From positions 3,353,589-3,417,588 of the forward strand of contig MU053994.1 in NCBI GenBank assembly GCA_013239625.1: a stretch of 64,000 bases of DNA, given 5' to 3'. Positions 13,187 through 25,090 of the stretch are shown piece by piece (the first letter of the stretch is position 1; each line of letters opens with the position of its first letter). Below the pieces are notes generated by a model. That model had not been told where the DNA came from and did no database searches. It worked only from the letters and a program-made list of their open reading frames with translations. The stretch is from Lama guanicoe (lineage: Eukaryota). Position numbers and translations under genes: made by a program.

Positions 13187-14799
13187 TCATATAAGTAATA
13201 CTTTTAAAACTCCTGGAATTACTTTGGATGCTTGAATTATTTGTCCTAGTCTCACTTCTGGCTGATTTCTCCAAAAACTTACCTGTTCTATCCAATATTT
13301 TTCAGGAATTATTTGCTTCCAAAATTAGGGTGTGGTGCTAAGATTTACTCAGAAGCATGGACGTTCAAGACAGATGAGACAGGCATATTTTCTGCCTTTT
13401 TATGCAATATTCTCTTTGAGTTACAGTGTACACTTAAGGGAAAAATATATTTTCCATTCCTGCAAAAATGTTCCTTGAAAGCTCTGGCTTTACCTATAGT
13501 GCCACTATATCTTGGCCCTTAAGGGATGCTGATGGTCCTTTCTTCACCCACCCTCTCACTATCTGATTTCTTAATTCATTCCAATCCCAAGTAAGAAAAG
13601 TCAGATTTAATGAGTTTAACTGAGCCTGGCTCCTGGGGAATTCAGTGCTCATCCTGGGGTCTTTTCTCTGGATCTGCCCTTCCTCTCTGTGGGAATGGCA
13701 GGTGAGAAAGGAGCAGGGAGAAAGGAGAGTACTTGGTTGGCCACTAGTCCGGGGTAAAGATATCCTTCAAGGAGCAGCTGCTTGACTAGGGCTTTCTAAG
13801 AATCATATACTTTGTAGTCACAATGAGAGTTTCTTTGTAGGACCTTGTCCTCTGCATCTAGTTCTGTCTGGGACCTTATTTGGGGCTGGTGTCAGGAAAG
13901 CATCTCATTGTAGGGACCTTTGGTCTCAGCTTAAATACTATATACTCCCCAATATGACTAACATTATGTATAATATGACCTGTTCTTAAAATACGGGTTA
14001 GTGAAAGAGGCAAGCTCTTCAGGCTTAGAAGAAAAAAGTATTTTTTCATTCTCCTCTATACTTGCTCATACATTAAACGACATGGTTTTAGTTCAGGTTT
14101 AACATACATGATAGTGGGCATACAGAGAACTGTGCAATAAAACTCTGAGCTGGTGCACCCAGAGAGATGTTTGGTGACTGATACGCCAAAGTGGGAGGGA
14201 TCCTTGCTCGGCCCAGTGAAAGTATCAGGGTTCCACTCCGGAAGTTACTCTTTCTGTCCAAAGGTGCTTAAAGACCTTTTACAACAGTCTAGCACAAAGA
14301 AAGATGAACCCTCGAACGTGTGTGAGTGAGAGAAAGAGGGGAGAGGAGAAGCAAGTGCACATGGTGAGCGAACCGCGGCAAGACACACAGTAGCCAGAAG
14401 GGTCTACGGGAGAGCAAGCAAACCTCTACAGAAACCAACTGATGAGGAGTGCTCTCTCTCAAAGAGCACCCATCTGGCTCAAATGCAGACGGACGACAAC
14501 AGACACGAAGAAAAAAGCAATAGTTTCAGCGTGACACCCGTGTGGGCACAGTAAATGAACAAGCCTAGCAAAGGACAGGTGTGTGCAGAAAAAGAAAATA
14601 CAAACTAGACCCAGACAGGGTCTCCTGGCCAGTGTCATTGTCACCTTCTTAGGAAGGATAAGTGGAAGCTTAAATCAGAATCCTAGAGCACACCCTTTAT
14701 AGTCTGTTGACTATATTTATGCTTAAGTTAATGTTACGCTGAGATTTATGTAATTCTCATCAGTGTGGATTCAGATATTCTCAATAAATCCTTAAGTGA

Positions 14800-16120
14800 G
14801 ACAAGCCATAAAATTGGAACTAAAGATAGACAATAAACAAAGAAACCAACACACATAAGTGAATGTAAGACTAGGTAGTGTCAAGCACTATGAGGAAAAC
14901 TAAGCTGGTAAGGAGGTAGGTGTTTCAGGTTTGGAGACTAGGGAGCTGCTCTTCAGTAAGGGAGGGGATGTCAGAGAAAGCCATGTGGAAGCAAGCTCCT
15001 GGGGAGGGGGAAGACAGTTAAGCACAAAGGCCCAGAGCAGGGTTGGAATGTCTGGAGAGGAGTCAGGAAGCCAGTGTGCTGGGAAAGGAGTGAACAAGGG
15101 GAAGGGTGGTGGGAAGTATAATCCACAGGATCAAAGACCCGACTGTCCAGGGTTTTGAAGATAAGACCAGAACTCTGCGTTTTATGCTAAGCAAGACAGG
15201 AAACCATCGGAAAGTTTTGAGCAAGGGAGCATTAAGACTGGTTTTAGGTCTGAAAGGGTCACTTGAACTGCTGTATGGAGAACAGACTGCAAAAGCACAA
15301 GAGTGGAAGGAAGGAGGCCAGGTGGGAGGCTTCTGCTGTTGTCTGGGCAAGAGAAGATGGTGATATGGACTAGACTAGAGTGACAGAATCAAGGTGGTGA
15401 AAGCGGTCAAATTCAGGATATGTTCTGATGGTAAATCTGACAGGAACTGCTGCTGGATATGCGGTGTGAGAGAAAGAGTTAAGTCAAGTATGGCAACTAG
15501 GTTTTTGTTTTGGACATCTGAATGAAAATGAAGATGCCACTTACTGAAACTGGGTACACAGGGGGAGGAGTTTGAAAGAGGGATCAAGAATTTGGCTTCA
15601 TACAAATTGAGCGTGAGGTCTCACAAGATAGAAGAGGGAAGGCTGGGATTAGCGATATAAATTTGGGATCAACAGCATATAGAGAGTATTTATAGCCAAG
15701 GTAATGAATGAAATTGCTTAGGGAGTGAACCACCAATAGAAAAGAAGAGGTCAGAGAATTGGGGCCTGGTACCCAGCAGTATCTGAGGTGAGGAAGATGA
15801 GAAGAATCTAGCAAAGGAAACAGAATGGCTAGATGGTAAAGCAGGGGGGAAAAGTCAGAGGAAAAGTCAGAAATGCCACTGAGAAGTCATTAAAGATGAG
15901 AACTGAGAATTGACCACTAGATTTAGCAAATTGGAAATCACTGATGACCTTGATAAGAAGGGTTTTGGTGGTGTGATAGAGACAAAAATCCCCACTGGAC
16001 TGGGTTCAAGAGAGAATGGGAAGAGATGATGGGGAAATAGAAAATTCAGATACCTTTCAAAACTTTACTGTGGTAGGAATAGAGAAATGAAATGTAGCTA
16101 GAAGACAATGTGAAGCCAAG
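14800..16120 (-). mobile_element. LINE-2 (L2) degraded fragment
   Basis: Purine-rich antisense L2 text (GAGAATTGACCACTAGATTTAGCAAATTGGAAATCACTGATGACCTTGATAAGA). Accounts for the spurious ORF cluster at 14900-15814. Confidence 0.75.
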
Positions 16121-16129
16121 GAAGTTTCT

Positions 16130-18350
16130 TTCTTTTTTAAAACTTTTTAATGTTTACAACTGGAGAAAATAGATTAATAAACCTCCAGGCACCAATCACC
16201 CAGCTTTAACAATTATGGACATTCTACCATCCTTGCTTCATCTGTCTCCAACCATTTATTATTTTTTTTCTGAATTCTTTTTTAAAAAAACATATCATTT
16301 TGCCTGTTAATAGTTCAGTGTTTCTAAGAGACAACTTAAAAAATAACCATGTCATTATCACACCCAATAAAATTAAGAATAATTCTTTAATATAATCTAA
16401 TACCAGTCCACATTTTATTTTCCTTGACTGTCTCAAAAATGTCTTTTTTACAGTTGGCTAGTGCAAAATGGTATTCGAGGTCCATACGTTGCATTTGATG
16501 GTAATCTCTCTTAAGTCTCTCTTATTCTACAACATATTCCCTGTCAGACCTTTTTAAAAATGTTCATGATATCGATTAGTTAAGATATTCAGTAATTTCC
16601 CCTATGGAATCCCCTACAATCTGGGCTTGGCTAATGGTACTTACAGGGAGTCATTTAATATGTTCCTTAATCTTCTGTATTTCCTGTAAATTGGTAGTTA
16701 GATCTAGAAGCTTGATTAGTTTCATGTTCAATTTCAGGATTTTTGGCCCAATATTTCATAAGTGGTGTATCTGTTATAACACATCAGGAAGAACATAATA
16801 TCTAGTTCTCCTACAGGATTGATCAGTGGGTTCAGGTGCTGTCTGCCGAGATCCATCATTATAAAGCTCACCATCAACTTTTCATTTAATGATTTTAGCA
16901 GCCATTGATGCCTAGCTCCATAATGAAGGGTTCCAAAATGGAGGTTTTCCCCAACACTTTGTTATGAAAACTACCAAACATAGAGAAAAGTAAAAGAATT
17001 GTATAGTAAATAGCTGTATATACACCACAAAGATTCTACGATTAACATTTTGCTACATTTGCTTTATCAAATATCTATCTATTCATCCCTCTACCCAATC
17101 ATCAATCCATCTTTTCACTACACTTCAGCTACACATATCATTAGTTTCACGTTTGTTTAAAATTATGTCTAAGGTGAAATTTACATAACTGTCAAGTGCA
17201 CAAATCTTAAGAGTACTATTAGAGGGTTTTGACAATTTGCATATGTCTGTATACCGCAAAGCCCTGTATCAAGATGTTATCATCATCCCAGAAAACTCCC
17301 TCATCCCCTTCCCATTCAATCTCTGCTGCCATGCGTGCCCCCAGTGCAAACCCCTATTCTGATGCTTTTTCACCACAAGTTTGTTTTGCCTGTACTAGAA
17401 CTTCACATGCACGAAGCCAATATAGTATGTACTCTTCTATGGAAGGCCACTCTAACTCAGCATGTTTCTGAGATCCATCCATTTTGTTGTCATCAGTAGT
17501 TCATTTTTTTTTTATTGCTGAGTAAGTATTGTGCTGCATGAATATACCACAGTTTGTCCACTTTCCTACTGATGATGACTTAGGCTGTTTCTAGTTTTTG
17601 GATATTATGAATAAAGCTGCTTTGAACTTTTTCCAGAATAACAAGTTGGTTTCTAGGCAACCTCCAAAGGTGACCAATGAAAGCTTTTTTGGTATTATTA
17701 TGAATTTCTAAATTTTTATATTTTTATGTGTTTTAATCAATTGCAGCCATTATTCATTTTGACGCTTGAATTGTCCCATTTTTGGCCAGTGAGAGCCCCT
17801 ATTTAAGTCAACTTTTAAGCCCTTTTTTAAGACTCTAGGAGTCTGATAACTTCCTTCCTTTTAGCCACAAGATGTTTGAGGCTTGTCTTTTTCATTTCTT
17901 GCCCCAGATCTGGAACTGACCATTTCTCCCAACAGCCCCATTTCTGTCTACTGGGAAAAGGTATTTAAACCCACAATATAGGTATTAGATACACTGTTAC
18001 TATTGAGTTATCACTGCTTTGACTTTTCAGTGGACAGAGCTAAAAATTATGTATTTTTTAGATGGAAAAATAATCACCAATTCATACTGATGTTTCTTCC
18101 TACTCAGTTACAGGGGTTTTAACTTCACTTCTTTGATTTTGTCAAGTAATGCCGGTACCTAATAACATCAGTATAATTACTCATTTGCTTTCTCCTTTAA
18201 TGTGTGTGTATAAAAGTTTCAAAATAACAACACCTACATTACTAGTAATAGCAAAACTACTGTAGGCTGTTTAAGATGCCTTTGTGATTCTTTTTGTCTG
18301 TAGGATACACCCTACCAGAGATGCTCAGTCAAAATACTGTTTTACTATTC
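16130..18350 (-). mobile_element. Old L1M 3' fragments, probably nested
   Basis: Antisense L1M 3'UTR text, e.g. CCCAGAAAACTCCCTCATCCCC and TTGGATATTATGAATAAAGCTGCT. Subfamilies not resolved. Confidence 0.6.
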
Positions 18351-18379
18351 AATGAAGTAAGAATTCATGAATTTATGCT

Positions 18380-19240
18380 AATATAAATAAATAAGTAAAC
18401 AAATGGTAAGAAGGAAAAGCTTTCCTTTCCGTAGAAAATCAATTAATAAAAGTAGAAGAAATTCCAGCATTAGAAAAATCACCATTTGGCAGTTATGATA
18501 ATAATTGATTCAGGTAAGAACCATTAAAGAGCTCTAACTAGTGGGTAAAAGTTTGAAGAGTGACAGGATATTTGTATAATCTCAGAGTAGTTCCCCACAG
18601 GATACTTATTAATTACAAAGGGTAAAATAGTAATTTTACAAAGGAGAAACCTGGCAGACACTATCATCAAAATTACTGCTGCTAGTCATGGGACCAGTTA
18701 ATAGCATATGCTTCCTGACATGTTTCCTTCACTGAGAAGAACTTGGCAACACTGCTGTGGTATTCCTGCCAAAGGACGTAACTGGATCTCATCATGAAGA
18801 AACATGAGATAAACCCAAACCGAGGGGCATTCTAGAAAGTAACAGGCCCATAGTCTACAAATACTGTTCCAGATTAAAGGGATTAAAGGAGACTACAGAG
18901 ATTTAACTGCTAAAATGCAATACATGGTCTTGTTTTTATTTTTGCTACAAAGGATCTTATTCAGACAATTGAAACCGGAATAGGTCTGTAGATTACATAA
19001 TAGCATTTTTTCCATACAAAGTCTCTGATTTTGATGGTTTTACTGTGGCTATTAAGAGAATTCCTTATTTTTAGGAAATATATAGGTAGATGGATAAAGA
19101 GAAGGATAAGAGTGAATGAGTGAGAATAAACCAAATGTAGAAAAATGGTAACATATGGAGAATCCGAGTGAAAGGTGTCTGAAATTCCTTGTACGATTCT
19201 TGTGACTTTTCTTTAAGTCTAAAATTATGTAAATCAAAAA
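18380..19240 (+). mobile_element. Old L1MC-type 3' fragment
   Basis: CCCCACAGGATACTTATTAATTACAAAGGG...GGAGAAACCTGGCAGACAC. A related piece lies near 38880-39060. Confidence 0.6.
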
Positions 19241-19899
19241 CAAAACACCCCACCCTATTTTAAAGTCACTTAAAAGAATTCTTGTGGTTATACCTTCAAT
19301 TTGTTAATTTGGTGTTTTGATTATATAAGACGTGTACACAAAGCTCCAAAGTCAAAACTGCAAACAAATACCATTCAGTGAGGTCTAGCTTCTGTCCCCT
19401 CTCTTCTTATATTAGTTTTTGGCTTATCCTTCCATTGTTTTGTTTTGTTCTGAAAATGAGACCATACACACAGATACTTCAAATTTTCACATAACAACAT
19501 ATCCAGTAGATGACCACATAGCAATACCTAGAGATTTTCAGGGAGGTTTTTTGTGTTTGTTTTTGTTTTGTTTTTTAAAGAGAGACATTTGTGTGCTGAT
19601 GGGAGAGATCCTGTAGAAAGGAAGCAAAGACCCCAGGAGAGGGGGGATGGGATGGAATGTGCAAGTGGGAAGGGGGCTGGCTTAGTGACAGTGAAGAAGG
19701 CAGGGGACTGACTGGGCACCTGGGGACACAGGCAGATGTGGATGTAAGAAGATGAGGAAGTTCTCTTCTGAGCGCTTCTATTTTCCATTTACTTGAAATA
19801 AAGTCACCATCAGGTGGGAGGGGGGAAGAAGAGAGGGTTGTTGGTAGCGTGATAAGACTGAAGGTGTGAAAAAGTTATTTTCAAAGAATAGAATGAACT

Positions 19900-20063
19900 A
19901 AGCTTTCAAACTTGAGTATCATAATCACACAGATTTGCTGACCTACAACCTCAGAGTTTCCAACTCATAACGTCTGGGGTGAGGTTAAGAATGTGCATTT
20001 CTCACAAGTTCCCGAGTGATATTGATGCTACTAGTCTGGGCGCCATGCTTTGAGAACTACCAG
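19900..20063. mobile_element. MER5A-like hAT-Charlie DNA transposon fossil
   Basis: CTCAGAGTTTC...GTCTGGGGTGAGG...GCATTTCTCACAAGTTCCC...CTTTGAGAACTAC. Confidence 0.75.
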
Positions 20064-20672
20064 ACTAAGGAAATATGACAGGACTGCTGGCAGCACAGGG
20101 GCCCACTTGAGGTCTGTGGTCATGAATCTGAAGCAAGACCAATCAGCACCCTTCTGTGTTTGTACCCGGCAGTCCTCATTTTAGCTGGCGGGGTTCAGGT
20201 CTGGAGGGCGTGGTGAGTTGAATTTAACCAGGGTTGGGATTTAGATAAAGAGAGGGGGGTGATATCAGTAATAGGTGGCACCAAACAAGCATGTCCAGTT
20301 ACTTCTTCTTTTCTACTTCTATCTTTTGTATACAGAAAAAACTAAGCTATCCACAAAGTTTGAGGAAGGGGAAGGGTGAGCAGAAGAGGATATATAGGAA
20401 TAAGCAAAGAACACAGAGACAGAAAGCAGAAAGTTCAGAATGAACAAGTAAAAGCGCACATAAAAGAATTAGGAAAAGGCTTATATTCAAATCTGGTCAC
20501 AGTGGGGTCACCAGGGAATGAGAGATTAAAACAGAATTAGTGTTTTGAAAAGGGATGGCTTAGGTGTGGAAAAATAGATAGTACAATATAGAAAACAATT
20601 TATATTAGATTTTATGAAACAGAACATATAGGAGATAAATACAATTTAGTTATTTTTAAAAAATCCTGCCAG

Positions 20673-21190
20673 GATCCTGAAAAGATATTTACACACCCGC
20701 ATTTATTGCAGCATTATTCACAACAGTCAAGAGGTGGAAGCAACCCAAATGTTCACTGACAGATGACTGGATATAGGAAATGTGCTATAGACATACAATG
20801 GAATAATATGTAGCCTTAAAAAGAAGGGAGTCCTGTCACACGCTACAACATGGGTGAACCTCCAGGATATTATGTTAAACAAAATAAGCCAGTCATAAAA
20901 GGACAAACACTCTATGATGTGACTGAAATGAATTATCTACAAATTCAAAATCATAGAAAGTAGAAAGAAAGTTGCCAAGAGTCGGAAAAAGGGAGGGGGG
21001 ATTAATGCTTAGTGGGTATAGAGTTTCAGTTTTGCAAGATAAAAAATTTCTAGATATAAACACAAGTATATTTAACCCTACTGAACAATATAAATATACT
21101 TTACACTACTAAACTGTACATTTAAAAATAGTTAAGATGGTTAGTTTAGTGCTATGCGTTTTTTACAACACACACACACACACACACACG
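20673..21190 (+). mobile_element. L1MB-like 3' end with degenerate target-site duplication
   Basis: GCAGCATTATTCACAA...GGAAGCAACCCAAATG...GCTACAACATGGGTGAACCT. Flanks AAAATCCTGCCAG (20660-20672) and AAATTCCTCCCAG (21191-21203) match 11/13. Confidence 0.85.
21168..21189. repeat. (AC)11 microsatellite
   Basis: Perfect AC run in the tail position of the L1. Confidence 0.95.
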
Positions 21191-22199
21191 AAATTCCTCC
21201 CAGACCAATACAGTAATCATCTTCTTTCTCAGAGGCTCTAGGAGGAAGTAAAAACTACAGTATTTTTACTTTGGCAATTTAAAAATATTCTGTCTCATGT
21301 ATCATATTTACAACAAACTAAAAGTTCTGGAGAACATGATGTTTAGAAGAGTGTATGTGCCCAGAAATAAATCAGAATGTTAGATAAAGCCCAATGAGTT
21401 AAATATTATTTAGTGTAAAGTAAACAAAGCTGCAGGGTAACAATTATGCAGAGGATAATAACTAACTTTTCTTCATTTCAGATGACAAAAAAGGGGAAAT
21501 GGCATTAAACTACAGGGCCAGCAGTTACAAAGACGGACAGATAGTGGTTAAATATTGGACTAGGACCAAAACAAAAACTGCAGAATTACTTCATTATTTT
21601 CTCTAACATATAGGAGATTATTTCAATTTACTTGGGAGAGTTTATCACAGTGATAAAAAGGAAAGAAGACCATCACAAATTTCATCTAGTCCTAAAATTA
21701 CAAGATTGTTTTAGAAAATAAATCCAAGGTCTTAAATGAATACATGAAAATATACTAAAATAATGTATAGCTCAAATAAAATTTTTAAAAATTAAATAAC
21801 AAAATAATTCATTACTCGTGTAACTATAATGCAATACAGAAATGCCATTTTATATGAATAACTTAATTTATAAAATGAATCCAGAAAGAAAGAAAAATTA
21901 AATGCTTGTGCTTTAAAAGTCTATATAGCATATTATGTATCATTTCTTAGGAAAAATAGAAAATGCTTATTTCTGCTTAGAATTTATAAAACTTCTTTCT
22001 TTGGAGGGATAAGGGCAAACTTTCCACAACTGTCAAGGTGGAAAGTATTCACATAAAAGACAGAAATAATTTCTTAAAGTGTTGCTTGAAGTTAAAGGTA
22101 GAGTTGTTGCATAGTGGTGGGGCTTTTTAATATTTTCACAAGGAGTCTGAGGGTTATCATATTGAAAAAAGAAAGAAAAGAGAAAAAAAAACACACCTA

Positions 22200-22262
22200 T
22201 TACCACATGCAAATATATAAAAAAAAGAAGATAACCTCAACCAATTGCACCACAACCGGATG
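22200..22262 (+). promoter_or_regulatory. Probable GPR34 core promoter
   Basis: TATATAAA at 22214-22221, RUNX-type ACCACA at 22202 and 22249, ETS-type CCGGATG at 22256, all just upstream of the inferred first exon. Confidence 0.5.
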
Positions 22263-22347
22263 AAGGAGCCCAGCTGACACATGAAGACGAGTCTGCATCT
22301 AGGGAAGCGTGGGGCTCAGCTCCTTGTGCTTCAACAGAGCCTGAACT
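22240..22347 (+). other. GPR34: Inferred GPR34 non-coding exon 1 (start approximate)
   Basis: Donor ACT|gtgagt at 22348, downstream of the TATA box. Resembles my recollection of the human GPR34 mRNA 5' end. Confidence 0.6.
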
Positions 22348-22998
22348 GTGAGTATGCCTTGATTCCAACTGCATAAATGATCCTTCTTTTCAGGTACAGT
22401 TTGACTATCTGAATATTAAAAACAAAACCTGCTTCATGGTGACTAGCAACCCTTTGCTTCTAGAACCCTGAGTAAACTGCTTGAATTATATATTTCTGCC
22501 TTGACTTAAAACAAGGCTGTGTCTTCTTAGTTACTTGAAGTACTTTAGGACACTGGAGGTATTTAAGCTCATACTATCAACACTGTCACACTGTTTATAC
22601 TGTATTTTGTATACTGCCATAGAGACTTGCAGATCTACTTGAATCAATTAAAAGTTATTTTCCTATGCAACAAATTTTATTTCCAGTGTATTATAAGTGA
22701 TCTATAACTTATTAACTTCATTAAGTTCTGCTGTCTCCCTACTTTCAATGATAGTATTTTCTTTATTATATTGCTTCTATTTTATGGTAATTACCAGATC
22801 AATTAAATTTTAAGTTTTATGTTTCTGAAGTTAATATGATGAATATTAGAGAAAAGAAAAAGCAAGATATGCTTTAGTTAATTCACCTAAAATTCAAAAA
22901 GTTTTTTTAGCCACAGTTAAATTTACAACAAAACCTAATGTACTACTAATAGTATTCTTTCCAAACTAACATGCTTTTAATTTTCATTTTGTATGCAG

Positions 22999-23093
22999 CA
23001 ATTAATGCAGTTTTTTGAAGCATGGCCTGAATGATTCAGTCATTATCAAGTCAAACTACAAATGTAAAAAAGGCTGCTACCATTGCCAAATAG
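22999..23093 (+). other. GPR34: Inferred GPR34 non-coding exon 2
   Basis: Acceptor ttttcattttgtatgcag, donor TAG|gtatgt; a second possible acceptor ends at 23010. Confidence 0.55.
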
Positions 23094-24109
23094 GTATGTA
23101 TTTTAACATAGCAGTGTGATATTTTTCACAAACATGCCCAAACTGCATTTAAAACGCGTTTCCTCATGGAGGCCACAGTGAATCTGTTGGGTCCTACCCT
23201 CCAGTACAGAAGCTCCTATAGGAGCCAGGTGAAAATTCACCAGCCAGGGGAGGGTGGTGCTGGTGGGTACATAGCAGCACTGACACAGAGTTGCAATCTT
23301 CAGGATTTGTCAAGTAACAACATTAAAAACCATTAACCGTTTACTCTCAGAAAACCACTGTGACCACTTCACCTGAGTCACAAGTAACATCCACTGGGAA
23401 ATTGGTGTAGTATGTGAACACAGTGGTGTGTTTCTTATCTTTGCAGGCCATTCTTAACAAATCAAATAAGCACTTTTTGAAACATCAATAAATGGCCTGA
23501 GGAACAGCAAGTGATCGACACATTGTAAAGGAGGCAAAAATCAGCCATTAAATTCAAAACAGAATCTTATCTGCTAATTTGATAATAAATGACTGGACAC
23601 TACCCATCTAATGCAGGGTTCTAAATGATGGCTACTATCACTTTTCAAACAAATGCATTACTTTGCTTTGCTCTCTTTGAGCTTGAAAATAAAGCAAAAC
23701 CAGAAAGGGTTATTGGTGATCTTGTCCAACTATTATTTATTTATTTTATTTGTAGATTAGAGCTGAGGCAAATGGTTTCAGGCTATGTGCTTTGAGCTAA
23801 CAGCTTTCTAGAAACATCTTGATTATGACTATCGGGCCTAGAAGTAAGTTTGAAAAGATACGCTCTGGGGGATGGGCTGAACATTCTGAGGAATGATTTG
23901 TGGTTCTGTAAACTCTGGACCTTTTTACTTACTATAATGGACAAAGCAAATGAAAAGACTAGTTCCTTTTCCAAAGAGTTAAAGCTAGATGACATAATCT
24001 CTTCTTCAAATTGCTCATGTGGCTAATGTTAAAGGAATCATGTCAAAATACTGCTGATAGAATTCATCACTAGTGAAGAAAATGCTGATCATATGTGATT
24101 AGGAGGAGC

Positions 24110-24325
24110 AAGGTTTGGTGAAAAGGATCATGGGTTCTAAAAGCCAGACAGATCTGAGTCTCCATTTGGGTATTGCCATTTAAGAGCTGTGTGGTCATGG
24201 GTAATAATCATAAAATCTTTAATATCGACCTCACACAGTTATTATAAGGATTATGTAAATGAAATAATATAAATGTGCTTAACATACTGTCTGGTACACA
24301 GCAAACGCTAAATAAATATTAGTTA
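24110..24325 (+). mobile_element. MIR SINE
   Basis: AGCCAGACAGATCTGAGT...AGCTGTGTGGTCATGGG...GTGCTTAACATACTGTCTGGTACACAG. Confidence 0.7.
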
Positions 24326-24344
24326 ATGGTTCAATCATCTTGCT

Positions 24345-24520
24345 CAAGGGTTCAATTCTGACTGCACATTAGAATCCCCTGAGGAGCTTTTAAAGGAAAC
24401 CATTGCCTGGAGCCCATTCCAGACCAATTAAATCAGAAGATCTGGGGATGGAGCCAGGCACTGGTATCTTTAAAAAGCCCTCCAGAGGATTCTAATATGC
24501 AGCCAGGACTGAGAGCCATG
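24345..24520. mobile_element. MER5B-like DNA transposon fossil
   Basis: CTGCACATTAGAATCCCCTGAGGAGCTTTTAAA...CAGACCAATTAAATCAGAA...GATTCTAATATGCAGCCAGG. Confidence 0.8.
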
Positions 24521-24529
24521 AGAGTCTCT

Positions 24530-25090
24530 TCTATACAGTACCCAATTGTGGTAGTCTCAAAAAACATCTCTGGTGGTAAGACTCTTATTGCCTCCCAAGA
24601 TACACTGTTTCATTCTAAAAAAGCATTTCCTTAAAAGGAGGCAACATATGTCTCTGCAATTTCTACTCACTAGTCCTTGTTCTGCTTTCTGAAGACATAT
24701 AACACAAGGTGAAATTCTTTTCTCTGTGGCCTTGAAAGCATTCGCATCTCCAGGTGCCTTTTCCTTCCACTCGCTCCTATGACATGATTTGGGCTCTGTG
24801 GCCTTTTCTGAATGTGCTGCTGAGGATGAAACATTGTATTCCAGATGGAACCCTAACAGCTTAGGACAGAACCAGATTAGGGGTGGCAGTCTTCATGTAA
24901 GAAACTCCATGGCTAAGAAGTCAACCAAAGAAGGGTTAGTTTTTTGTTGTAGCCGCATCACACTACGTATCTGGCAACTGCAGTCATTGCAATTGTGCTC
25001 CTGTTAATGCAGCTAAAGCCCCTCCTGTACTTGAACAGTTGGTTTTAATATCCACATGTAGGATGTTACTTGCTTTTCTACTAAACTCTC
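24530..25090 (-). mobile_element. Probable L3/CR1 fragment
   Basis: Antisense CR1-like text (GAAACATTGTATTCCAGATGG, GTAGCCGCATCACACT); highly decayed. Confidence 0.4.

Noticed and set aside
13277..13461. Perfect minus-strand donor CAG|GTAAGT at 13282 as a recursive splice site or 177-nt exon
   Set aside because: No pyrimidine tract directly upstream, so not recursive; the nearest acceptor is weak and the frame stops early.
14439..14475. CTGATGA followed by a hairpin, resembling a hammerhead ribozyme or C/D snoRNA
   Set aside because: No GAAA after the stem, no stems I/III, and no properly placed D box with a terminal stem.
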